Translations under genes and position numbers: made by a program
Notes under the pieces: generated by a model
The model's input: the letters and a program-made list of their open reading frames with translations, nothing else
Database searches by the model: none
Told to the model about the DNA's origin: nothing
NCBI GenBank assembly: GCA_965222115.1
Contig: CBDCTJ010000007.1
Coordinates: forward strand, 1,280,001-1,344,000
Direction: 5' to 3'
From: Planctomycetota bacterium
Lineage (GTDB): Bacteria; Planctomycetota; PLA2; JAEUHO01
DNA: 64,000 nt
Shown: one piece after another, positions 49,042 through 57,879 of the stretch
Layout of the letters: every line of letters starts with the position of its first letter
How positions within the stretch are numbered: position 1 is the first letter of the stretch

Positions 49042-50892
49042 ATGGCCGCTGCCCTTTCATCCATTCGCAATGTTGCCGTCGTGGCGCACGTCGACCACGG
49101 CAAAACAACGCTCGTAGACAAGCTGCTCGTCACGGCGGGTGCAATCGCGGCCCTTCCAGAAGACGAATCGCTCGTCATGGACAACAACGCGCTCGAGGGC
49201 GAGCGCGGCATCACCATCTTCTCGAAGAACTGCGCGATTCACTATCGCGACACAAAGATCAATCTCATTGACACGCCGGGCCACGCTGATTTCGGCGGTG
49301 AAGTCGAGCGCGTGTTGCGCATGGCCGATGGCGTTCTTTTGTTGGTCGATGCCTACGAAGGTCCGCTGCCGCAAACGCGATTCGTCTTGCGCAAGGCGAT
49401 GGATGGCGGACTCAAACCGATCGTGGTCATCAACAAAGTGGATCGACGTGATGCGCGGCCCCAAGGCGTACTGAATCTCGTGTACGACCTCTTCATTGAA
49501 CTTGGCGCTGAAGATGATGATCTTGAGTTTCCGGTGCTTTACGCATCGGGCCGGCAAGGCATTTCCGGTCACGAGCCGGATCAATTGCAGCAAAATCTCC
49601 TGCCGATTCTCGATGGCATTCTCGAACACGTCCCACCGCCGCCCTGCGATCCGCAGGCGCCTATGGGTATGCCAGTTTGTGACGTCGTAGTCGATCGCTT
49701 CAAAGGACGTCTCGCTGTGGGTCGCGTGGAGAGCGGCACGGTGCGCGAAGGCCAGACACTCGTTCGCCTGACGTCAGACGGTGAAACGAAGGAACGACGC
49801 GCGGTAAAGCTCTTGACCTTCGAAGGCATGAAGCGCGTTGATGCCAAGTCTGCGATGGGCGGCGACATCGTTGTCATCTCTGGCTTGGAAGGCGTCGAGA
49901 TCGGCGACACGATTACCGATCCCGAGAATCCCGTGAAACCGTGGACGATGCGCGTGGAAGCGCCCACACTCACAATGGAGTTTCGTGTCAATGACTCGCC
50001 CGTGGCGGGTACCGAAGGTACCTACGTTACGTCGCGTCACATCAAAGAACGGTTGTCGCGCGCTGCACAGGAAGACGTGGCGCTTCAAGTGTTGCCGTCT
50101 AAAGAAGGCGATGCTGTGGAAGTGCGTGGACGCGGCATTTTGCATATCGGCATCTTGATTGAAACGTTACGGCGCGAAGGCTACGAGTTTGCTGTTGGGC
50201 GTCCCCAAGTGCTGATGAAGGAGACCGAGCGCGGGTTGGAAGAACCCATGGAAACCGTCCACGTGGAGGTGCCGCCCACCGACTCGGGCAAAGTAATCGA
50301 GATGATGGGCCGCCGCCGCGGTGAACTCATCGACATGAAGACGCAAGGGGATCTCACGTTTCTAGAGTTTGAGGCACCGTCGCGTGGACTGATCGGGCTG
50401 CGAACGCGTTTGCTGAGTGCTACGAAGGGGGAAGCGGTGCTTACGTCGGTGTTTAAGCGCTATTGCATTCACCGCGGCTCGATTCCACGACGGAGTTCGG
50501 GCAGTCAGGTGTCGAGTGAAACGGGTCAGGTGCGAGCCTACGCGCTCAATGGACTCACCGATCGCGGGCCCTTCTTTGTGGACGCGGGCGAGAATGTGTA
50601 TGAAGGCCAGATCACCGGCGAACATCGCCGCGACGAAGATGTACTGGTCAATCCATGCAAGCGGAAAAACCTCACCAATATGCGCTCATCGGGTGCCGAC
50701 GAGAAGGCCGACTACCCTCCGCCCGTCCGCAAGGGCATTGAAGAGTCGCTCGAGTTCATTGCCGAAGACGAGCTACTGGAAGTCACACCCCAGTCGCTAC
50801 GTATGCGCAAGCGACTTCTCAAAGAAGTCGATCGACGGAAGGAGCGCCGCCGCAAACGGAGCGAAGTCGAACGTTCCCGTTCCGGTTCGTAA
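49042..50892 (+). CDS. typA: Translational GTPase TypA/BipA
   Basis: IRNVAVVAHVDHGKTTLVD, DTPGHADFGGEVER, NKVD, GRGILH, SRGLIG, VYEGQI, NMRSSGAD. Confidence 0.97.
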   Translation: MAAALSSIRNVAVVAHVDHGKTTLVDKLLVTAGAIAALPEDESLVMDNNALEGERGITIFSKNCAIHYRDTKINLIDTPGHADFGGEVERVLRMADGVLLLVDAYEGPLPQTRFVLRKAMDGGLKPIVVINKVDRRDARPQGVLNLVYDLFIELGAEDDDLEFPVLYASGRQGISGHEPDQLQQNLLPILDGILEHVPPPPCDPQAPMGMPVCDVVVDRFKGRLAVGRVESGTVREGQTLVRLTSDGETKERRAVKLLTFEGMKRVDAKSAMGGDIVVISGLEGVEIGDTITDPENPVKPWTMRVEAPTLTMEFRVNDSPVAGTEGTYVTSRHIKERLSRAAQEDVALQVLPSKEGDAVEVRGRGILHIGILIETLRREGYEFAVGRPQVLMKETERGLEEPMETVHVEVPPTDSGKVIEMMGRRRGELIDMKTQGDLTFLEFEAPSRGLIGLRTRLLSATKGEAVLTSVFKRYCIHRGSIPRRSSGSQVSSETGQVRAYALNGLTDRGPFFVDAGENVYEGQITGEHRRDEDVLVNPCKRKNLTNMRSSGADEKADYPPPVRKGIEESLEFIAEDELLEVTPQSLRMRKRLLKEVDRRKERRRKRSEVERSRSGS

Positions 50893-50902
50893 GGTCGACG
50901 CC

Positions 50903-52948
50903 TTACGCAAGATCCAGTACGCGCTTGTAAAACGCGGGTACGGCGTCGGGGTCATGCGTCATCAGTACGTGGCTTTCAAGCCAGTCGGGCGCGCGCTTCT
51001 GGTCCATCATGACGCTAAACTGCTTGCGCAACGCGCGCCAATAGGGGCCTTTCTTATGTTCACCGAAGAACACAAGCGGCGACAACTCGATTACACCTAG
51101 CTTCATGTCGGTGAGTGTGAGGCCCACTTCTTCCAGTGTGCCCACACCACCCGTAAAGAACAAATGGAAGCTGGCAATCTCAAACCATCGCTGGCGTGCC
51201 TGGCGACTTCGGCCTTGAAACGTTTGATAGAATTCCGCGACTTGATTGGTCTTCTGATCCACCGTTTCAATAAAGCTAGCGCCCACCAGCAAACCCCGCT
51301 CGCGCGCAATGTCGGTCGCTTGTTGCATGGCGCCGGGTCCACCACCGGTAATGATCGCAATGTCATCACCGAACATGGTGTGTAGATTCTCAATCAACCG
51401 TTCTACGCGATCCTGCGTCTTGACATTGAGCGGTTTGGACGAGCCATACGCCGCGAAAATGAGCGACTTGCGAAAGCGATCCACGTTCTGCGGTTCCATG
51501 AAGTAGCCGCGCAGACCACGGAATATGTGTCGTACGACGTGTCCGCGCTCGTCATTGCACCAATAGACTTCGACTTCGAGGCCTTCGTAGTCGGCCAGTC
51601 GACCGTGATCGCGCGCCGACAGGAAGCCGCCATGCTCGTAGGAGGCGCGTCGAAAGATGACTCGCTTGACCTTCTTGCGCACGGCCGCTGCGGAAATCTC
51701 GGCGTGTTCCACGAGATTGGGGAAGTAACCGAGGAGCAACGTGACGCCAGCGCCATCGGGCAGGTCGGCCAGCGCATTTGTGCCAAACGGGCCGCGGTAG
51801 GGGAGACGCAGGCGACCGGCGCGGTGTCGTGCGGTGCGATCGCCACCTTCCGATGGCTGTAGCGGTCGTTCCGGATGCTGCCACCACACCGCCGGGTCTT
51901 CGCCGTCCAGCATGGCGCCGATGTCATCAGTGATGGCCACCAACCGATGGCTGTATCGACCGGCTTCCTGATTGTTTTCCAATCGATCGAACAGCTTAGA
52001 CAGCGCCATGTACTCGGCCGTGGCGCCGCCACGCTGCGCCTGGACGGAACTGCTGGCGTCGTCCGCAAGATCCACACCCTGCCAGTAGTGGGTGCGCGGC
52101 GGCAATTCGGCGGCCCGGTAAAGCGCGGCGGATGCTGCCGGATTCACAATGCGATGATCGGTGGAGTTATGAAACTCCAAGAATATGTTGGTGCCGCGTG
52201 TCGTGATGGGGTCCAGCACCACGGCTTCGAGATGTTGACCCAAGGGTGTGGCGTCACTTTCCAAGACGACGTAGTGTTTGTGTAAGAACATGGAGCACGA
52301 CGTAATCACGCCGTCGCCTGGCGCCAGCACAATGCGGTCTACGGGGCGTCGAACTTGCAGTCGATTGAGCACGTCTTTGCCGTCTTCGCGAACAGCAATC
52401 GTTGTGAGCACGTCCTTAGTCAGCGGTTCCAGCAAGTCATACACATGACCGTGAGGGCGAATACGAAAGTGCCCGCCGTGATCAATGGAATAGCTGGCTG
52501 GAAGTTGTAGCTCGTTGTCGAGAATCGCCTGGTCGATCTCCTCAGAACGCAGTCGACGCTCGGGCGGGCAAAACACAAGTCGCCCGGCGCGCAGTCCCGG
52601 TTGAATCACATGCTCCAGCAGCGGCGCCACGTTGTAGGCCGAGACCATGGCGTTCACGGTGACGGGCAATACGTAGTCTTCGCCGTCGAGCGTGGGTCGC
52701 GCATCATCGAGGGGGACAACGTTGATGCCGAGTCGCGCCAATCGACTTCGTGCCGCGAAACGAATGTGTTCCTCTTGCCCCAGCACCAGCTCCCGCATGG
52801 CCGCCGTGGAGGGAAACCCCACTTCGGCCGTAAACACGCCGTCGCTGGCGCGAGTCACACGCCGAATCCAACCGTCCGGTGTCTGGGGTGCGGTGAACAT
52901 GCTGCTAGGGGCTCCTGGAACATCGAAAGCGATCCCGCATGGGTGCAT
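50903..52948 (-). CDS. Long LOG/SLOG-family protein with uncharacterised N-terminal and dUTPase/dCTP-deaminase-like regions
   Basis: C-terminal AYGSS, ITGGGPGAMQ, TGGVGTLEE; central IVLAPGD...VLDP...NIFLEFHN. Confidence 0.8.
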   Translation of the reverse strand: MHPCGIAFDVPGAPSSMFTAPQTPDGWIRRVTRASDGVFTAEVGFPSTAAMRELVLGQEEHIRFAARSRLARLGINVVPLDDARPTLDGEDYVLPVTVNAMVSAYNVAPLLEHVIQPGLRAGRLVFCPPERRLRSEEIDQAILDNELQLPASYSIDHGGHFRIRPHGHVYDLLEPLTKDVLTTIAVREDGKDVLNRLQVRRPVDRIVLAPGDGVITSCSMFLHKHYVVLESDATPLGQHLEAVVLDPITTRGTNIFLEFHNSTDHRIVNPAASAALYRAAELPPRTHYWQGVDLADDASSSVQAQRGGATAEYMALSKLFDRLENNQEAGRYSHRLVAITDDIGAMLDGEDPAVWWQHPERPLQPSEGGDRTARHRAGRLRLPYRGPFGTNALADLPDGAGVTLLLGYFPNLVEHAEISAAAVRKKVKRVIFRRASYEHGGFLSARDHGRLADYEGLEVEVYWCNDERGHVVRHIFRGLRGYFMEPQNVDRFRKSLIFAAYGSSKPLNVKTQDRVERLIENLHTMFGDDIAIITGGGPGAMQQATDIARERGLLVGASFIETVDQKTNQVAEFYQTFQGRSRQARQRWFEIASFHLFFTGGVGTLEEVGLTLTDMKLGVIELSPLVFFGEHKKGPYWRALRKQFSVMMDQKRAPDWLESHVLMTHDPDAVPAFYKRVLDLA

Positions 52949-53347
52949 CGCTCGTTTCTCTCTGCGCGGGACGCTACCGCGAGGTAGCGCTGTGTGGGTC
53001 GGATTCGTGGGCCCGAATCGGCGACTCGTCAGCGGGTGATCCTAAGTCCATTCGATATAATAGTTTATGAAATAGTGTCGATTGGGGAACGGTCCGCGGA
53101 TGGCAGGCACTCGATGTGCGACGTGACTGTCGATCGCGTGCATTGCGCATCGCTACCACCCGCGCGTGGTGCCCCCGCTAGGATAAGCGTTCGCACCGTC
53201 GGGTACCTTGCCTGTAAGGGTCTGGTGCGAGAGTGAGCGCGCGAGTTTCGATGACGTAGAACTTGGTGGGTTAGGACAGATGAGTCGCCCACAGGTTGCG
53301 CCCATCTGTTTTCGGCCTGTCTATTCATACCTGGAGTTCAAATTCCT

Positions 53348-54766
53348 ATGAAGCCTATCCACGCAAAGACGTTCATGTCGTACGCGTTGGCAGTCTCGGC
53401 TGCCTTCCTCATGACGTTGGCTCCTCTCACTTCGTCATCCGTCGCTTCCGCCGAAGAGGGCGGCATCTTGGTGAAAGACGACGGTAGCGCCGAGAAGAAA
53501 GGCGATAAGCCTGCCAAGAGCAGTTCATCGACCGGCGCGGGCTCCGCACGCGATATCACCAATCGCCTCTTCGAACTGCTCCGACAAGATCACGGCACGC
53601 CCGATCTTTACATCAGCATTCTGATGGCCATTGGTATGCAACCAACAACCGCCGTGTCAGATCGTCAGCGCGAGGTGCTGCAGGACTGCGTTGTCAAGGG
53701 CAAGCTCTACGGTCGCAAGATGCAGGCGCTGGTGCGCAGCTACGCCTGCTTGGCATTGGGTCGCATTGGCAAGCATGCGCAGATCGGCGCTTTTGAGGGC
53801 ATTCTCTTCAGTCGTCGTGTAAAGAACAACAACATCAAGCGCTCGGCCGCTATTGGGCTCGGCTTGCTCGGCAAGTTGGCCAACGATGAAGAGCGCGTCA
53901 AGATCGCCAAGACGTTGCTCAAAGCCATTGACAAGGGCAAGTTGAAAGACGCCAGTGCGCAGAACTTTGCGTTCATTAGCCTTGCGTACTTGATTCTCTA
54001 CGACGTCCAGGCGGGTAAGACGGCTGTTATCAGTGACACCAAGGCCGACGAGACATTGCTCAAGGTCACCGTTGATGGCCGCCTCACACAGAAGCCCTAC
54101 GGCGCGTTGTCCCTCGCATTGATCAGCCGTGAGATTGGCGATACCACGTCCATCAAGAAGCTCGGCGACTTCCGCTCAAAAGCGCTTGAGACCATTCGCA
54201 ACAGTTTCCGTAGTGGTAAGGGCCTCGATTCCCATGCCCGTGCAGGCTTTGCCGTGTCGCTTGGTATTGCCAAAGACACGCTGGTCGTGAAGGAACTCAC
54301 TAAGGTGCTTTCCGATCGCAAGGCCGACCCCTTCTTGCGCGCCTATTGCGCACTTGGGCTTGGGCTCATCGGCATTGGCACCAACGAGGTCAAGGTCGCC
54401 ATTCGCGAAGCGCTCAAGGATCGCCGGTCGAAGGACCTTCGCCAGCAGGCGGCCGTTGCGTTGGGTCTACTCCAAGACCAAGAAGCCGTGCCGCTCCTGC
54501 TGAAGGAACTCGACAAGGCCAAGACGCAGGCGCAAAAGGGTCTCGTGATTCTGGCGCTCGCCAAGGTCGGTGACGCGCGCTCCGTGGCGCCGCTCATCAA
54601 GCGCATCAAAAATCCGCGTGAAAAGGATCTCACCCGTGCGCTCTGCGTGGCGGGCCTCGGTGTGATTGGCGACCTTGAGTGGATTCCTTCACTCTCGCGC
54701 ATCAGCGAGAACGTGAACTACCGCGCTTCCACCGACGTCATGCGAGAGGTGCTGTCGATTATCTAA
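53348..54766 (+). CDS. Exported HEAT-repeat protein
   Basis: Signal peptide, then repeated R..AA.ALG.LG helical units. Confidence 0.85.
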   Translation: MKPIHAKTFMSYALAVSAAFLMTLAPLTSSSVASAEEGGILVKDDGSAEKKGDKPAKSSSSTGAGSARDITNRLFELLRQDHGTPDLYISILMAIGMQPTTAVSDRQREVLQDCVVKGKLYGRKMQALVRSYACLALGRIGKHAQIGAFEGILFSRRVKNNNIKRSAAIGLGLLGKLANDEERVKIAKTLLKAIDKGKLKDASAQNFAFISLAYLILYDVQAGKTAVISDTKADETLLKVTVDGRLTQKPYGALSLALISREIGDTTSIKKLGDFRSKALETIRNSFRSGKGLDSHARAGFAVSLGIAKDTLVVKELTKVLSDRKADPFLRAYCALGLGLIGIGTNEVKVAIREALKDRRSKDLRQQAAVALGLLQDQEAVPLLLKELDKAKTQAQKGLVILALAKVGDARSVAPLIKRIKNPREKDLTRALCVAGLGVIGDLEWIPSLSRISENVNYRASTDVMREVLSII

Positions 54767-54795
54767 ATCGACTCACCCAAGTACGTTCATCTGGT

Positions 54796-54835
54796 CACGC
54801 GCGAATCCGATTGGGTTTGCGCGTGTTTCGTTTTT
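54796..54835 (+). terminator. Intrinsic terminator
   Basis: CACGCGCGAATCC-GATT-GGGTTTGCGCGTG stem followed by TTTCGTTTTT. Confidence 0.75.
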
Positions 54836-54855
54836 CGGATTGATGCACGGTATAA

Positions 54856-55037
54856 GCTGCGGTCGATCTCACGCAGAGGCGCTGAGCGAAAGAGGCGCAG
54901 TGGGCGACATGTCACGTTGGTAGTTGGCTGGTGCTTGAACGCTCCACTTCGCTATGTGAGCACCGCGCCTCCGCGAACTCCGCGTGAGATTGGATACCTA
55001 CGACGAGACAGCAAGCGCTCACACTCCACGCGAAGTT
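54856..55037. repeat. Structured intergenic repeat, copy 1
   Basis: Near-identical to 61603-61784; long imperfect palindrome GATCTCACGCAGAG...CTCCGCGTGAGATT. Confidence 0.92.
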
Positions 55038-55077
55038 GTCAAATAGTGTGGATTGGTTCCTATGCTAAGATGACGGC

Positions 55078-55332
55078 ATGGCGATCAAGTACAAACCGCC
55101 AAGCGCCAACGGCTACTTCGGTATCGGTACCAAGCCCGCGCACAAGCCTTGGCAACCTCCCGTTACGCGCGACTACACCGTCCGCCGCGAAGTCCCCGCC
55201 GCCTTTCGATCCCTTCGCTTGCGACGCGGCAAGCGATCTGCCGTGGTCACTAACGGCTGGCTTACGAATGTCGCCGTCACCCTGGTCGCGTTGGCGTTTG
55301 TCGTCTCGGTAGCCAAGTTGTTGGGGATGTGA
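55078..55332 (+). CDS. Small basic protein with C-terminal TM
   Basis: 84-aa ORF; extended -10 TGCTAAGAT ends 6 nt before the ATG. Confidence 0.55.
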   Translation: MAIKYKPPSANGYFGIGTKPAHKPWQPPVTRDYTVRREVPAAFRSLRLRRGKRSAVVTNGWLTNVAVTLVALAFVVSVAKLLGM

Positions 55333-55397
55333 GGCCGTACGCGTTACGGAATCTAACAAATCCGGCCCTCGAAACCCTCCGGGCGGTGTCTTGACTC

Positions 55398-57638
55398 ATG
55401 ACCACGATGAGCAACGAACCCATCCCCATTGAGCGCGCTCGAGAACGTGCGCGTCGACTTGCCTTGGCCCTTGTGTCAGATCGAGACGTGGCCGAAGACA
55501 TTGCCCAGGACGCCGCGCTTCGGATTGTGCAAGGACGCTTGCAGGCAAGTGAGTCGTATCGAGGTTTGCTCGCCACGACCGTTCGCCGTCTGGTCATCAA
55601 TCGTTGGCGGAGCAAACACAGGCGTAGACACCATGAGACGTCCGCGGTGGACGGTCGTCGATCGATTGCGGCGACGGACGATCTTGCGGCCATGGCCGAA
55701 ATGCAGGCAACGTTGTGGACCCTCGTGCGCGAACTTCCCGAGCCGTACGGTTCCACGTTGTTGCTGCGATTCCTTGAGGGGCTTCCGCCTCGACGTATTG
55801 CAAAGAATCGTAGTGTCCCTGTCGAAACCGTGAAGAGTCAACTGAAGCGTGGACTACGCATGCTTCGTGTGCGCATGGATCGGCAATACGGTGGGCGCCG
55901 AGAGCTCTGGATGACAGGGCTCCTGCCGTTGTTACGGCACCCACCGACAGGGGTGCTCCTAGGAACGCGCTCTCTTATGCGCACAGGAGGCGCAGTGATG
56001 AAGAAATCCACGATGGCCCGTCTGGCGATTCTCCTTCCGCTTCTTCTTGCGACTGGTGGTGTTGTTCTTTGGGCGACGGGCGCGTTCGAAGGAGAGGACG
56101 AGACATCGTCACCCAAGCATCAAGCGAAGGCCGTCGATGCGGACCGTGGTAATCGTGAGATTTTTACCGACGAGGGAGGACTTGCACGTACTTCGAATCC
56201 TACACTCCGCGCAAGTCCGATTGCACCGAACGAGATTCAACCTGCGTCGCCAACGTCAGATCCCCTGGAGACCAAGGAAGACAAGGCTTTGGCGGATACG
56301 GAATCCGAGCAGGCATACACCATCGAAGGCATCGCCACATTGCGTGGTTCAGCGGATGTTGTTACGCAAGGCGTCGTGGTCGCAGTCGCGAACGTGATTA
56401 GTCCCAACGCGCGTACCGGTGAATTTCGAAGGACGCAAAAAACGTGGCGCAGCGAGATAGACAGCAAGGGTCATTTTTGTATCCGGGTTTCCGGATCGCC
56501 CCTGCCCCGCGTTTCCCGTCTCACGTATGAAGGTCGAGATCACCACCTCGTATCGTGGAAACTCGACAAACCCGGCACGCCGCAGCGCGAGCAACTTGGC
56601 CCGATTTGGAACTCGGCCATGGTCATTACGCACGAGGCCGGTCACATCAACCGCGTCAAGCTCAATTTAGCGCCAAGCTTTCGGCTACGGGGCTTTGTGA
56701 CGGATGAAGATGGAGTCCGCTTGGGCGGCGCAAAGATCCAGTTTGGCGTTCCGCACGGAACGCCCAGGCGGCGAGCCGTATTTGGCCAGCGGGAGGTGAC
56801 GGGCGTCGAAGGTAGGTTTGACATAGGGCCCTTTCTCGCTAGCGGTGAAGGCAACGTCATCGCAGGCGTCACGATAACGAAGGATGGGTACGCAACGGCG
56901 AAGCTCGATCCATGGTCGCTTGAGCGCCACGAACGCGACAATGTACGAGTGGTCATGTCGCGAGGTGCAACGCTTGAAGGCCATGTACTAAGTCCCAGCA
57001 ACGAGCCCCTCCAGGGCGTAGTGGTCGAAGTAGAGTTTGGCGATTATCAACGTCGCGTTGCTACGCGAACCGATGCAAGCGGACGGTTCCGACTCGAACG
57101 CGTAAGCTACGGAAGAGCAACTCTGCGCGCACGTGCATTTCAGTACGGCGCCATCTACGAAGCAGAAAGAGATATTGAACAAGACGAGCTTGAGCTAGAT
57201 CTGAAGACGGAACCGGTTTTTATCGCTCCCGAAGACAAGCAGATTGTTGTACTCGGGTTGACCCTTGTTGACGTAGACGAACGCATTCGGAAGGCATACC
57301 GTCTACCGAAGCAAGTAACCGTTGCGATCGTCGCGTGCGACGAAACGCACAAGCGTCTCGGGGTAGGCACGTTGGAGCCGGGGTATGGCCTCTGGATGGT
57401 GGGAGACACGGCCGTGAGCAACACGAAAGATCTAATAGAGCGCATACTAAGGCACTACCAGAAACTCAATTCGCGTTCCTCGTCTGGGGAGGTAGCGCGC
57501 GATCCCGGGCTACGAACCGTCTACACATTCGCCAACGAGCGGATGTCCGGATCCAGTACACAGCACTTGCGTCTGTCGGCCGATCATCAGCAGGAAGTCG
57601 AGAACCTCGCGCGCCGGATGGGCATCGAGTCCGAGTGA
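55398..57638 (+). CDS. ECF sigma factor fused to TM, carboxypeptidase-regulatory-like beta-sandwiches and a degenerate PDZ-like domain
   Basis: AEDIAQDA, LRFLEGLPPRRIA...VETVKSQLKRG; TM; GFVTDEDG and RTDASGRFRL repeats; C-terminal LGLTLVDV...LEPG...VGDTAVSN. Confidence 0.88.
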   Translation: MTTMSNEPIPIERARERARRLALALVSDRDVAEDIAQDAALRIVQGRLQASESYRGLLATTVRRLVINRWRSKHRRRHHETSAVDGRRSIAATDDLAAMAEMQATLWTLVRELPEPYGSTLLLRFLEGLPPRRIAKNRSVPVETVKSQLKRGLRMLRVRMDRQYGGRRELWMTGLLPLLRHPPTGVLLGTRSLMRTGGAVMKKSTMARLAILLPLLLATGGVVLWATGAFEGEDETSSPKHQAKAVDADRGNREIFTDEGGLARTSNPTLRASPIAPNEIQPASPTSDPLETKEDKALADTESEQAYTIEGIATLRGSADVVTQGVVVAVANVISPNARTGEFRRTQKTWRSEIDSKGHFCIRVSGSPLPRVSRLTYEGRDHHLVSWKLDKPGTPQREQLGPIWNSAMVITHEAGHINRVKLNLAPSFRLRGFVTDEDGVRLGGAKIQFGVPHGTPRRRAVFGQREVTGVEGRFDIGPFLASGEGNVIAGVTITKDGYATAKLDPWSLERHERDNVRVVMSRGATLEGHVLSPSNEPLQGVVVEVEFGDYQRRVATRTDASGRFRLERVSYGRATLRARAFQYGAIYEAERDIEQDELELDLKTEPVFIAPEDKQIVVLGLTLVDVDERIRKAYRLPKQVTVAIVACDETHKRLGVGTLEPGYGLWMVGDTAVSNTKDLIERILRHYQKLNSRSSSGEVARDPGLRTVYTFANERMSGSSTQHLRLSADHQQEVENLARRMGIESE

Positions 57639-57644
57639 GTTTTA

Positions 57645-57780
57645 CGGTCGACCTCACGCAGGGGCGCTGAGCGACGAGGCGCAGTGGGCAACTTGTCACG
57701 TTGGTAGTCGGCTGATGCTAGAACGCTCCACTCCGATGTGAGAGCACCGCGTCTCCGCATCACTGCGTCACGGCGTGAAA
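57645..57780. repeat. Structured intergenic repeat, copy 2 (shorter, more diverged)
   Basis: CGGTCGACCTCACGCAGGGGCGCTGAGCGACGAGGCGCAGTGGGC...GAACGCTCCACT...GCACCGCGTCTCCGC; begins 6 nt after the stop at 57638. Confidence 0.88.
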
Positions 57781-57879
57781 TGAGTTGTGTGCGCGTACCG
57801 CAACCTCGTTCACACCCCACGCAACGTACCTGAAAAGTGTGGATTTTTCCCTGACACCATATGACTCTTGTGAGCGTCC

